Positions 24,072 to 34,265 of a stretch of 40,767 bases of DNA are shown here, piece by piece (position 1 is the first letter of the stretch; every line of letters starts with the position of its first letter). The notes under the pieces were generated by a model, which did not search any database, was not told the DNA's origin, and saw only the letters and a program-made list of their open reading frames with translations. The DNA is from a virus (Duplodnaviria; Caudoviricetes). A program made the position numbers and the translations under genes. Where the stretch lies: the IMG/VR virus record IMGVR_UViG_3300027732_000003, positions 1 through 40,767 of that record; one strand, 5' to 3'.

Positions 24072-24563
24072 CTATCGTGCGAGGGAGAATTCGTCAAATG
24101 GTGTGTTTTCTAGATAATAAAGGGCTTTCTTTAAACCTTCAATATTATCGCCAAGGTGTCCAATACCAGTATTGCAACCAGTACACAAAAGACCCCTTAC
24201 TTTGCCTGTATCGTGGTCATGGTCAATGTTCATTCTGCGCCTTTCACCATCAATTTTTTTGTTGCAAATAGCGCATCCACCACCTTGGAATTCCAAAAGT
24301 TCATCAAATTCTTTAAGAGAAATTCCATATTGCCTACGAATAATTGCATCTTCACGAACAAACCCAGACCAATTAGATGGCTTGAAGTTTTTGCAAGACA
24401 TTGGTGAATTGCCTTGTTTTACTTCTCGCCCTGATTGTTCGTGCAGTTCATTACAAGATTTGCATCGGCCTAACCATTTGTTTGGTGCGCCTGCTTCCTC
24501 AACGATTACATAATCGTTTTCAAAGCCAATCAAGTTAATACGGGGTTTACGAACTCTTTTCAT
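24072..24563 (-). mobile_element. Free-standing endonuclease VII-family (HNH) homing endonuclease gene
   Basis: YGI...EF..L...Q.G.CAIC, IDHDH.TG.VRGLLC..CN.GIG motifs; N-terminal CxxC domain; inserted in the tail module. Confidence 0.85.
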
Positions 24564-26986
24564 CACCGAGCCAAACTGTACTTAAATGGCGATTCGGCAA
24601 ATGCCATGTAGATGTAGTTATCGCCACTAGCATTAAATCCAGCAGAACTATCAAGACATTTAAAGCCATTTGACAATAAATCTACATATTGAGAACCTGC
24701 CGTTCCTACGCCTTCAGCATCAGAAGCATTAGCGTTTAAATACTTGTTTGCTGAGTTAATTGGATTTCTAGCAGAATCAATTATTCCCCATCCTGCGGCA
24801 ACATTAGTTCTTCTAATCAACACATAAGCTGGTCTAAAGCCTGTGTAGATAAAATTAGTAGAACCATTGCCTGTGTAAGAGCCCATCTTGCTATACCCTG
24901 CTACTTCAGCAAACGCATAGCAAACATAAGTGCCACTACTTTGATTAGTACCAGTTGAGCCAGCACCACCTACCGATAACACAGTTGATGTTGGTGCAGT
25001 AGCGTTAAGAAACGCTGCATCGGTAAAAGCGGCAATTGTGGAATTAAGCAGAATGTTCGTAGATGCGCCAAGTGACTTGTGATACACATTCCAGTTTTCA
25101 GAGCCATTGCTTCTTGACTTAAAAATAAGCATTGAGGGCGCAACACCCAAGCCGTGACCAATCGTAGCCGCTGTTCCTGTGCCTGTATAAGTCACCACAC
25201 TAAACCCACTCGTAGTGTTTGCGCTTACTGTTGAAGTAATAGAGCCTGATGTGTTGGTTGAGCCAGAGCCGTTGGCTTTCCAGTTCCATGCGACATAGGT
25301 GCGACCGTTAACACTTTCAGCGGCGGCTTTGGTAAATCCATCTGTATTAAATGAAACAAAAGCGCCATATGCTTGTTCTGCACCTGTGCCGTTTGTAATT
25401 AAGATATTTCCAATCCCACGAATAGCATCAACAACCACATTGTTATCGACTGCACTTCTGGCTTTTGTCCAAATCATGTCAGGTTGGAAACCAACAGTTA
25501 CAGGCAAGTTTGAACCTGTACCTGTGTACAGAACTGGCGCAAAGTATTGACCCGCTTGCGTAGCCGTAGTCGCCCCAATCGTAGGCGTTGGCAAGTTCTG
25601 TGTGCAAAGTGCTTTGAAGCCACTTGGGGCTGTGTAGGCAAATGGGCGTTGACCGAAGTTGCAGTTAACAGTAATGCCAGAAGAATTGCCGTTAGCAGAA
25701 AACGCTGGGGCAAAAGTTCCAGACAATCCTGTAAACGCAACACCTTGGCTTGTACCATTTTTATAAAACGTAATTGTCCCTGCGTCCATATCAAGGGCAA
25801 CGCCAACTACATCATTGGTAGTGTATGAAGCACCATAAGCAGAACCAACCGTTGGGTAAGAGTATTTGTGGCCGTTTATGTAATAACTGTATGAATCTGG
25901 AACAAGCGCAAGATATGGAGTTACGTTAGCAGTTGTGGCAACAGGCAATTTAGCCACACCATGCATCTGCTCGTTTGCAGTTGTACCAGATACTTCCCAA
26001 TACCATTTACCAGAACTGACACCCATAGTTGCGTTAACCGTTGTCCAGTTTGCAACACCGGGCGTGAAAGCCATAGCCCCATTGTTAATTCCGGGGTACG
26101 CAGAGTTGTAAACGCTGGCAATTGCGCTAATAGGATTCAATGTGCAGTAATTCCCCCGCACAGTCCCACCCACACCAGTATCTACACCATACGATGTTGG
26201 TGAATCAACAAAAGAGTCATTACCAGCACCAGCAGTCACGCTGAAGTTATTGGGTGTCCAGTTGTTGCCGTTACCTGAGTAGTCTTTACCCAATGTAGCC
26301 GCTGTTGTGTTGCTGTTGTCTGAGAAGTTCAGATAGAAGCCGTTAGTGCCGTATGAGCCTGAGTAGGCTTTAGGTTGCCATACGCCAGTTTGTGCGTTTG
26401 TTTCACCAAATGATGATGGGGTTAGGGCTTGACCATCAATGAAGTTAATCTCGGTCATGTAGCCAGAGTAATAACCACCAATGCCATTCAAAACACCAAG
26501 AGCATGAACACTTGTGTTGTTAACTAATAAATCAGCATTTTGACTTGGATATGTTGCAGTTGAAAATGCAGTTACTTGAGTACCATTTACATACACTTTA
26601 AATCTATTAGAGTTTGTTGCTTGCGTTGTATCTAAAGCAAACACAATGTGATACCAAGCAGACACATCTCTAAAAACTGCCGTGGTTATGACTTCTAATT
26701 GATATGCACTTGATGAAAAATTGTAAAACTCTAATTGGTCTTGATTGGCATAAGAAAACCTAGCAAGGAAACCATTACCACCCGCATTAAAAATAGTTGC
26801 AGGGTCAGATAAACTTGCTCGTAAAGCACTGCGCTTAACCCAACCACTCCAAGTCCAAGTTTTTTGGTTTGTAGCACTCGCAGGAGTACGATTCAGATAA
26901 GCAGAGTCAGCACTATTAAAGCGCAAACTGCGTGATATTTGATAGCCGCCATCGGAGGCTGAGTCTGTTTTTGATGCAGCAAACAT
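24563..26986 (-). CDS. Tail protein with LamG/concanavalin-like and SPRY-like domains
   Basis: SLRFN, WTWSGWVKR, WYHIV, GKWYWE and VGVALDMDAG.I.FYKNG motifs. Confidence 0.8.
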   Translation of the reverse strand: MFAASKTDSASDGGYQISRSLRFNSADSAYLNRTPASATNQKTWTWSGWVKRSALRASLSDPATIFNAGGNGFLARFSYANQDQLEFYNFSSSAYQLEVITTAVFRDVSAWYHIVFALDTTQATNSNRFKVYVNGTQVTAFSTATYPSQNADLLVNNTSVHALGVLNGIGGYYSGYMTEINFIDGQALTPSSFGETNAQTGVWQPKAYSGSYGTNGFYLNFSDNSNTTAATLGKDYSGNGNNWTPNNFSVTAGAGNDSFVDSPTSYGVDTGVGGTVRGNYCTLNPISAIASVYNSAYPGINNGAMAFTPGVANWTTVNATMGVSSGKWYWEVSGTTANEQMHGVAKLPVATTANVTPYLALVPDSYSYYINGHKYSYPTVGSAYGASYTTNDVVGVALDMDAGTITFYKNGTSQGVAFTGLSGTFAPAFSANGNSSGITVNCNFGQRPFAYTAPSGFKALCTQNLPTPTIGATTATQAGQYFAPVLYTGTGSNLPVTVGFQPDMIWTKARSAVDNNVVVDAIRGIGNILITNGTGAEQAYGAFVSFNTDGFTKAAAESVNGRTYVAWNWKANGSGSTNTSGSITSTVSANTTSGFSVVTYTGTGTAATIGHGLGVAPSMLIFKSRSNGSENWNVYHKSLGASTNILLNSTIAAFTDAAFLNATAPTSTVLSVGGAGSTGTNQSSGTYVCYAFAEVAGYSKMGSYTGNGSTNFIYTGFRPAYVLIRRTNVAAGWGIIDSARNPINSANKYLNANASDAEGVGTAGSQYVDLLSNGFKCLDSSAGFNASGDNYIYMAFAESPFKYSLAR

Positions 26987-26996
26987 TTATCAGTCC

Positions 26997-27497
26997 TTAT
27001 GGTGTGTAATTTTGACCGACAACTACCCCATACCAGTTTGTGCCATCAGCAAAGAAACTCAGAATATCTTGTCTGTTTGCAGTTGATGTAATAGTCGGTG
27101 CAGTACCACCCGCCCATTTAACTGTTGACCATGTAACTGTGCGTGAGCCTGTTCCATCTTGCTTCAAATACATGATGAAAGACTTACCACTTGTTGCCGT
27201 TGGCATGGTGATAGTTACATTACCACCCAAAGTAATAATCTGTACTGTGCCATTAGTTAACGCTAATGTAATTGTGCTTGTTGGCGTTGCAGAAAATGGA
27301 GTTTCTGTGTAGTTTGTTACTGTTGGGTTTGTCAGGTTTAAAGTGTTCAATGTGCTAGTAAAACTAGGCGCAGTAGCACCATTAGACTGAAGCAATTGAC
27401 CCGATGTACCTGCACCAGTAAACGCTAAAGTTGTTCCGTCACCGACCGCAACCGCACCCGCTGTTGGTGTGTTATTTCCATTAAGAATGAGTGGCAT
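26997..27497 (-). CDS. Tail fibre-related protein
   Basis: GQLLQSNG and QDGTGSRTVTW..VKW.GG motifs. Confidence 0.7.
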   Translation of the reverse strand: MPLILNGNNTPTAGAVAVGDGTTLAFTGAGTSGQLLQSNGATAPSFTSTLNTLNLTNPTVTNYTETPFSATPTSTITLALTNGTVQIITLGGNVTITMPTATSGKSFIMYLKQDGTGSRTVTWSTVKWAGGTAPTITSTANRQDILSFFADGTNWYGVVVGQNYTP

Positions 27498-27507
27498 TTT
27501 TTATCCT

Positions 27508-30057
27508 TTAAAGAACAACGTATCGTTGGCCTGATGCGATGGTTACTGTAAATCCGCTTGCAATAGTCATAGGTCCTACTGAAAACCCATTTGAACCACT
27601 TGCAATTGTTTGATTAGATGAAACTGTATCTAAGTTCTGAATGATTGGTGTAGCAGTGCTTCCACCCGTTGATGCAATGGTCTGATTTGGCCATGAACCT
27701 GTAACAGTAATGTTTGTTCCTGCCACCAAACTAGGCGTTGCAGTACCACTACCACCATTTGCCACCGCAACAATGCCTGTGACGTTAGCCGCAGTGCCTG
27801 TTGTGTTTTGATTCAACGTAGGAATGTCAGCTACTGCAATTGGTCTAAATGTTGGTACACCTGTAGAACCATTAGGAGCAGCCAACACATAGTTAGCACT
27901 CTTAGACGCATATGGGTTTTGTGTATCGCCATAACCCGATGCCAAACTAATGTCAGGTGTTGCACCACCGCTAGACAATACAGGTGATGTGCCTGTTACC
28001 GATGTAACTGTACCGCTACCAGTAGCAGAGATAGAAATTGATCCTGCGCTATTAACAATAGAAATACCTGAACCCGCAGTTAGCGTAGATTTGGTTAAAG
28101 TATTACCTGTACTGTTACCAATTAATAATTGGCCATCGGTATATGTTGATTGACCTGTACCACCATTGAGAACAGGCAAAGTGCCATTAACACCCGCAGT
28201 TAACGAGACAGTATTCTTTTCCCACAAATTTGTTGCGCTATTCCAAACAATTGTCTGACCAGTGGTTGGGGATTGAGCAGATACATTATGGATTTCATCA
28301 AGCTCATATCCATTTTGCACTTTGACAAGTAATTTACCTTGCGTTGGGTGAGCATGAGCCACAACTGCCATGTATACCAAATGCTGTGGTGCATAGGGCT
28401 TGGTGGCCGTCAAAGTTCCTGCCGTAATTGGACTTAGATAAAGTTGCTCTCCATCTGTATAAGCTGATGTATTTAAATTGGAAACTAAACCAATAATAGT
28501 AACAAAACCATTAGAGTTGTTCGATATATCAGCAGTAATCAAACCTAAAGTTTGTGCAGATGTCGCATCACTTGTAGCTAAAGCTTTAGAAACAGTTGGG
28601 ATTTGACCTGTAGCACCCGAAATGTAAACCGCTGTACCTTTGGTAAGGGTTGCACCAGTGGTGTTTCTTACTTGCTCAACTACTACAGATGCAGGAGAAG
28701 TATTTGATACTGTTAAATCAATGTTTGTACCAACTTGAGTAACAACAATACTAGCATCAGAAGATGTGGCAGTAGCCAAAGCACCAACATCAGCCGCATC
28801 TAAAACAACAGTACCTGTTTGACCATTAACAGAAGTAACTAAGTTGGTTTGGTCAATCTTTTGCCATGTACTTCCATTGAAAATAGCCCAATCACCAACA
28901 ACCCAATCGGTAATACCATTTAAGTTGGTAGATCCTGAAACACTAACTACATAGTAAGTACCTGCAGTACCTGCGCTAGATGTTAATGTTGGCGTATTGG
29001 TAGAAGCATTCCACAAACCCTGATAGCTCAAACCACCAGTAATAGACAACCATGTGGTGTCATAGTTTGTATTGCTTAACTTAGCTAATACTTGGCCTGT
29101 TAGTCCACCAGTTGGTACACCTGCACCTTGTGGAATACTAAAGTCAAATACTGCGGCACTTGATGTGCCAGTGTTTGTGACTGTGGCAGAAGTGCCAGGT
29201 GCGCCCGTAGTTGTCGTACCCACTGCAATCGTAGCAGCAGTACCCGTAGCGCCCGTAGCGCCTGTGGCTCCAGTGTTTCCCTGTGGAATCGTAAAGTCAA
29301 AAATAGCCGCACTTGATGTACCTGAATTGGTAACCGATGCACTTGTTCCTGCCGCACCCGTGGTAGTTGTACCTGCCGCAATTGTTGCCGCAGTGCCTGT
29401 GGCTCCAGTGGCTCCAGTAGCGCCTGTGGCTCCAGTAGCGCCAACATCACCACGAGGAATCGTAAAGTTAAATGTTGCCGCAGACGTTGTGCCTGAATTG
29501 GTCACATTGGCAGAACTACCTGCCGCACCAGTTGTGGTGGTTCCTACCGCTACAGTAGCCGCAGTGCCCGTAGCGCCTGTTGCGCCCGTAGCACCTGTAT
29601 CACCACGGGGAATTGTGAAATCAAAAACTGCCGCACTGCTTGTACCAGAATTAACAACTGTTGCAGAAGTTCCGGCAGTGCCTGTTGTCGTTGTTCCCGC
29701 AGTAACAGTAGCCGCAGTTCCCGCAGGACCTTGTTGAACCAAAGGAGCAGAAGCAGTCCAAACTAAAGCCGCAGTATTACGACTGTTTACAAGCGCAATA
29801 GAAAACCAAACAGTTGTTGATGGGCTTGTTGGAGGAGCAGTTGTCCATCCCGCAGGAGCTGTTCCTACGTTTGTAGTGAAGTTCCATGAACCGCCTGTTG
29901 GCGTGGCTGGCGCAGTGGCTGATTGTTGAAAAATAAACCACTCAAAATATGTACCGCCAAAGTTTGTAGTGTTGCCGTACAAACCCGCTGACTCAGCGCC
30001 AGGTGCAGCAACCACCGCACCCGATGGACTGCTTCCGTAAAGACCACTTGTTGCCAT
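27508..30057 (-). CDS. Long tail fibre with collagen-like repeats
   Basis: GATGAT triplets, four F.F.IP.G modules, YQG.WNA.TN motif. Confidence 0.85.
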   Translation of the reverse strand: MATSGLYGSSPSGAVVAAPGAESAGLYGNTTNFGGTYFEWFIFQQSATAPATPTGGSWNFTTNVGTAPAGWTTAPPTSPSTTVWFSIALVNSRNTAALVWTASAPLVQQGPAGTAATVTAGTTTTGTAGTSATVVNSGTSSAAVFDFTIPRGDTGATGATGATGTAATVAVGTTTTGAAGSSANVTNSGTTSAATFNFTIPRGDVGATGATGATGATGATGTAATIAAGTTTTGAAGTSASVTNSGTSSAAIFDFTIPQGNTGATGATGATGTAATIAVGTTTTGAPGTSATVTNTGTSSAAVFDFSIPQGAGVPTGGLTGQVLAKLSNTNYDTTWLSITGGLSYQGLWNASTNTPTLTSSAGTAGTYYVVSVSGSTNLNGITDWVVGDWAIFNGSTWQKIDQTNLVTSVNGQTGTVVLDAADVGALATATSSDASIVVTQVGTNIDLTVSNTSPASVVVEQVRNTTGATLTKGTAVYISGATGQIPTVSKALATSDATSAQTLGLITADISNNSNGFVTIIGLVSNLNTSAYTDGEQLYLSPITAGTLTATKPYAPQHLVYMAVVAHAHPTQGKLLVKVQNGYELDEIHNVSAQSPTTGQTIVWNSATNLWEKNTVSLTAGVNGTLPVLNGGTGQSTYTDGQLLIGNSTGNTLTKSTLTAGSGISIVNSAGSISISATGSGTVTSVTGTSPVLSSGGATPDISLASGYGDTQNPYASKSANYVLAAPNGSTGVPTFRPIAVADIPTLNQNTTGTAANVTGIVAVANGGSGTATPSLVAGTNITVTGSWPNQTIASTGGSTATPIIQNLDTVSSNQTIASGSNGFSVGPMTIASGFTVTIASGQRYVVL
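29121..29730 (-). repeat. Coding repeats: four GTTTTG..GTSA.V.N.GT.SAA.F.F.IP.G units separated by G-A-T collagen triplets
   Basis: Visible in the translation. Confidence 0.85.
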
Positions 30058-30066
30058 GACTTTTCC

Positions 30067-31053
30067 TTACTTGAAGCTGTAGCGATAGTTACGGGGTTGG
30101 AACTCAGAAGTAAGATGTTGGTCACCACCAAGCCATTTACCTTTGAAGTTCTGATCCTCAATTAGACCATATGCATCTTCGTATCTAGCACTCCATTTTT
30201 GCGCTTCATCGGTGTTTTTATTCTTGTCGTAGTATGCCCACAATGTGCCATACATATAGCCTTCAGGAAATGAAGCTAAAGCCGCATTGCTTTGGACAAT
30301 AGGGTTCAATACATCGTCTGTTGGTCCAAACAAGAATGGGAATGTGCGTTGGTAGTACGCTTTAATCTGTACGTTTTCACCAGGATTTGGCGTAAAAATA
30401 TATTTATTGCCAACCTCAGAAAATGAAGCCCGAATAACACGGGGCACACCAAATGGACGAACATAAAGTTGGTCAATCATGCGTCTGCGAATGATTTCTC
30501 GGTCACCAACTCGGTCATAAATAATCCAAGGACCCATGGAGGCGGCAGGAGTGCCTGGTGGGACTGCGCTATTAGGCGTTTCTTGGAAAAACAAGATTGG
30601 TTTGTTCATATCCGCAGGGATAGTCGCAAAACCATTGGAATCTGTCAGCAATGTTGATGGCGTAGCGCCATAAGGGTCAGACCGCAAAGCTGGCAACTCA
30701 ATAGTACGCATTTTTAGTTCGCACAATTGAATAGAAGACAGAATTTCAGACGTTGATTGCGTGGGCAACTTAAGGATGGCAGTAGGATAGGTTGTACCTG
30801 CCCAAATGCCTTCAATATCGCTTACTGTGACGGAAGTACCGGAAACCGCTAAAACTGTTGTATAGGGCTTTAAAATGCTTGTCCCAATAAAGTCACCAAC
30901 CAAGATGATTCCATTTGCCGATGCGGAGGTTGTGATAACTCCGGTAGACGAATTGAATGCTGTGGCGTTTAAGCCTGTTGTGGTTGGAATGGCTCCTACC
31001 CATTGTGCTACACGGCTAACTAGAGCGTTACCGGATTGGATGAAAAGAGCCAT
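30067..31053 (-). CDS. Putative head-tail adaptor protein
   Basis: FPEGYMYGTL..YY.K...EAQKW..Y pattern; position after the capsid gene. Confidence 0.6.
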   Translation of the reverse strand: MALFIQSGNALVSRVAQWVGAIPTTTGLNATAFNSSTGVITTSASANGIILVGDFIGTSILKPYTTVLAVSGTSVTVSDIEGIWAGTTYPTAILKLPTQSTSEILSSIQLCELKMRTIELPALRSDPYGATPSTLLTDSNGFATIPADMNKPILFFQETPNSAVPPGTPAASMGPWIIYDRVGDREIIRRRMIDQLYVRPFGVPRVIRASFSEVGNKYIFTPNPGENVQIKAYYQRTFPFLFGPTDDVLNPIVQSNAALASFPEGYMYGTLWAYYDKNKNTDEAQKWSARYEDAYGLIEDQNFKGKWLGGDQHLTSEFQPRNYRYSFK

Positions 31054-31062
31054 AAGACATCC

Positions 31063-31573
31063 TTATTTGGTCGGGACTATTGGATTATAAGGCAGTGGAA
31101 TTTTTCCGCTAGGGTGGCAAACAAAATCACTGTAAAACTGATTCACGATGGCATAAAAAAGGATCTTGTCTTTTTTGTCCATTTTGATCAATTCCCAAGG
31201 TCTGTTGTTAAACCATTTTCCACTTATTTCATGGGCAAAACACTTTGGTAGGTTCATAGCTTCAAAAGTACCAGCAAACATCGGATTATCCGTTGTGCCA
31301 ATCATCTTATAAAACTCTCTACGTTCTTTGCAATATAGCTTGATGTTTTCTACGTTTTTTTGCTCATATTGAACATAACGCTCACCATCAATAGCGCCAA
31401 CCTTGTAATTCATGTTGGATGTATTAAATGTCTGCGACCATGTCCCCGATTTAACCTCGTTGAACATCTTGTCGTTTTTAATTAACGCACCTTCCATGCC
31501 AGCTTCGAGAATACCCTTTGTATAGTAATCCTCGCTTACTTTGGCTTCTTCATTGTTTAAGTTTAATTCCATG
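31063..31573 (-). CDS. Hypothetical virion-region protein
   Basis: Likely start MELNLNN after GGAG; start position uncertain. Confidence 0.65.
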
Positions 31574-31593
31574 CTTTGCTCCATGATTCTCCA

Positions 31594-31617
31594 AAGGGAA
31601 CCCTTTTGGATTCCCTT
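31594..31617 (-). terminator. Hairpin after the capsid gene
   Basis: AAGGGAATCC-AAAA-GGGTTCCCTT with a short U tail. Confidence 0.5.
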
Positions 31618-31631
31618 CAGAGACACTAGGA

Positions 31632-32795
31632 TTAAGACAAGTAACGCTTGACTTGAGCCGTAGGACGGGGAGTTGTTACAACAGCACCAGTTGTCATGGC
31701 AGCCAAAACAGCCACGCCAGCAGGGTTGCGAACAATCAATGTACCTTCCATGATGTACTGATCCAAAGAAGCGTCTGCATTTGAGAACACTTCGTTGTTA
31801 GGACCAAGTTCACGCAAAGAACCCCACTGAACAACATCAGGATTCAAGAACAGAATCGATGTATTGTCGGAACCTGTCTGATCCATAACCCATGAGTCAT
31901 CGATCTGATAGGTGTAGTTGAAGTCACCTTCGTATGTACCAATCGTGTCACCCTTGTCAGCAGGGTTAAATCGGTTGATAGAACGGCTCTGAGGAATGTT
32001 GTCAGAGATAGTAGTACGCAAAGATGTTGGAACCACCATGTTGGTGATCTTGGCATTAAAGCGTTGTTCAGCAGTAGTAACCAACTGCTTGTACAGCACA
32101 GGGCTGAAAGCTTGCAGTGTTACGCCACTTGAGAAGGTAAAATAACCCAAACCTGCGTTAGACAAAACACCATTGAAAGGTGTGTTTGTAGCAACTGCAG
32201 AAGTTACGTCATTGCTATCAGAAGTAGCCAAGTTCAACACTGAAGTGCCGTCTATGTCGTTACCAGAGCGTGTGCCAGCAAAGGAGAACAAAGAACCAAA
32301 TCTGCGACCAGAGTTAACAGTCGTAGAACCGGATGGTTGTGTACCAGCTTGGCCAGAGTACTTGATGGAAGCACCATCAGCACGGAGCATCTGCAACTCA
32401 ACGTCAAACATAATCTCAGTCAATTGCTTGACTTCTTGATATGCTTGTGGGTCACCACCAGCTTGTTCAACGGCACGAGCTGTACCTGTAGCACCAATCA
32501 CAGTCGTAAAGATCTGTGTGTAGTTGCCCAAGTTAGAACGTGTGTTGTCAGCGGCAGCAGACGCATCAACGGCAGCGCCTTCCAACTTAGCGTTCAGTGC
32601 GGGTACACGGAAATAGTCGTTAGGCCAAATGTGCAGAGTTGAATTAACTTTGCGTTTTTTGCTCATAGCCATGTTAGTAACCGGAGTGCGGTCTTTAACA
32701 TAGTTAGAAACAGTCATGTCAAGGTCTTTGACAACAATATCGGTGGCATATGCGCCATTGCCGTTACCGAGGGATGTCGAGGTAATCGTGGACAT
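31632..32795 (-). CDS. Major capsid protein (SU10/DUF5309-like)
   Basis: TP...M, H.W..D, LEG and GNYTQIF motifs; follows the scaffold gene. Confidence 0.85.
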   Translation of the reverse strand: MSTITSTSLGNGNGAYATDIVVKDLDMTVSNYVKDRTPVTNMAMSKKRKVNSTLHIWPNDYFRVPALNAKLEGAAVDASAAADNTRSNLGNYTQIFTTVIGATGTARAVEQAGGDPQAYQEVKQLTEIMFDVELQMLRADGASIKYSGQAGTQPSGSTTVNSGRRFGSLFSFAGTRSGNDIDGTSVLNLATSDSNDVTSAVATNTPFNGVLSNAGLGYFTFSSGVTLQAFSPVLYKQLVTTAEQRFNAKITNMVVPTSLRTTISDNIPQSRSINRFNPADKGDTIGTYEGDFNYTYQIDDSWVMDQTGSDNTSILFLNPDVVQWGSLRELGPNNEVFSNADASLDQYIMEGTLIVRNPAGVAVLAAMTTGAVVTTPRPTAQVKRYLS

Positions 32796-32809
32796 AAAAT
32801 TCTCCTGAA

Positions 32810-33919
32810 TTAACGCCTCCGCTTATTAGCGGCAAGCATGGTTGCTAAAAGGTCACGAGCCGCACCCTTATCACCGCTTTGCGCTTTCCTTTGAAGTTCA
32901 ACCGACTTGTCTTCAGGTGCTGTTTTGCCTCTTGCCATTGGTTTACTAGCGGCAGCTAATGAACCTCCTGCATTCTTCACTTTAGGACCTTCTCGGAATT
33001 TCATACCATCCCGAACAAGTCCTAGTAGATACTCATCACTGGATACCAAATCAATGTTTGGAACGCCAGGGACAAATGATCCATTTGCACCTTTCCAATC
33101 CTTAGACAACTTTTCCCGTAATTCGGTAAAAACTGCCTTGTTCGCCAATTCTTTGTCTGTGAAGTTTTGTCGGGCTTGTTCAAGCTGTTGCTTTACAACC
33201 CCACTTCGGTGATCAAAAAACTGTTGAACTTTCGGTCTATTCGCCTGAATGAACTGTGACTTTTCCTGAATCAACTCGTTGTTCTGTCGCATTGCTGCTT
33301 CAGCTTCACTTCGTCTAATTTCATCAGTAGCGTTGTCGTAGATCTGCTTCCATTGCTGGTTATATTGTTGGATTTTTACCAATTCATCAGCCGCTTCTTG
33401 CAACTGAGGAACCATTGTTAATTCCAACCCTATCTGAAGACCATCTAGTTCAGCCCTGCGTTTACTTTCGTATTCTTCAAAATCTGCTTTTTCGGCTTTA
33501 AGCTTACGAGCATTTTCATGGATAGCACTTCCTTGACCAAGAATAGCAGCCGCCTTTGATACAGGAATCTCAATAAAACCGCCTTCGGCTTCCTTATTGG
33601 GAATTCTCCACATCATGTCAGGATTCTGCTCTGCAAACTCTAAGAAATTAATTGGTTCGGTTACACCATCGGTGGCCTCATCCGTTTCCTCAGAATCTAC
33701 AGTTTCTGTAGTCCCATCAATACCATCTTCAGGTTCGAGCCCCTCTTCAGGAGTCGCCTCGGGGGATTTAGCTTGCGCTTCCTCTTGTCCCGCTGGTGGT
33801 GTAACTGCTTCGGGTTGGGGATTGTTACGCCTGTTGGCGGCAATCATCCCTGCGATAGCATCTACAGGATTCACACCAGTTTGCTCAGTGGCGGTCGCAC
33901 TTGCGATTACGTCTGACAT
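32810..33919 (-). CDS. Capsid scaffolding protein
   Basis: Acidic disordered N-terminus and long coiled coil; immediately before the MCP gene. Confidence 0.75.
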   Translation of the reverse strand: MSDVIASATATEQTGVNPVDAIAGMIAANRRNNPQPEAVTPPAGQEEAQAKSPEATPEEGLEPEDGIDGTTETVDSEETDEATDGVTEPINFLEFAEQNPDMMWRIPNKEAEGGFIEIPVSKAAAILGQGSAIHENARKLKAEKADFEEYESKRRAELDGLQIGLELTMVPQLQEAADELVKIQQYNQQWKQIYDNATDEIRRSEAEAAMRQNNELIQEKSQFIQANRPKVQQFFDHRSGVVKQQLEQARQNFTDKELANKAVFTELREKLSKDWKGANGSFVPGVPNIDLVSSDEYLLGLVRDGMKFREGPKVKNAGGSLAAASKPMARGKTAPEDKSVELQRKAQSGDKGAARDLLATMLAANKRRR

Positions 33920-33927
33920 ATATTACC

Positions 33928-34257
33928 TTATTTCGTTAAAGTTTCAACATTTTTGTTGGCTACCTTACCGAGATATTCAGTTCGTTCAATAAACTCAATG
34001 AAATCTCGTACTCCGGCAACACGCTGTGCATTATCTATTCGATTAACATCGTCCTTGCTTTCCTCTAGCATTTCTAACAAGTAGAACCTGTAGAGGTTAA
34101 ACAACAATGCAAAATCATCATTGCGTAAGAGCTTTTGTGCGCTCTCTCCATTTTCTATAACCAGAGTCTTCCGATTTACATGGCTCTCCTTATGACTGTC
34201 TATAACTTTTGTCCTGCGATTAAAATAATCACGGATATTCGATACCAAGCTTTTCAT
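33928..34257 (-). CDS. Hypothetical protein between portal and scaffold
   Basis: 109 aa; AGGA RBS. Confidence 0.7.
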   Translation of the reverse strand: MKSLVSNIRDYFNRRTKVIDSHKESHVNRKTLVIENGESAQKLLRNDDFALLFNLYRFYLLEMLEESKDDVNRIDNAQRVAGVRDFIEFIERTEYLGKVANKNVETLTK

Positions 34258-34265
34258 TGCAATCC

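Noticed and set aside
24072-24566. Group I intron or intein around the endonuclease
   Set aside because: The ORF fills the whole insertion, leaving no room for a ribozyme core, and the upstream gene has its own stop.
18529-30057. Diversity-generating retroelement or invertible tail cassette
   Set aside because: No reverse transcriptase or invertase, and I saw no template/variable repeat pair.
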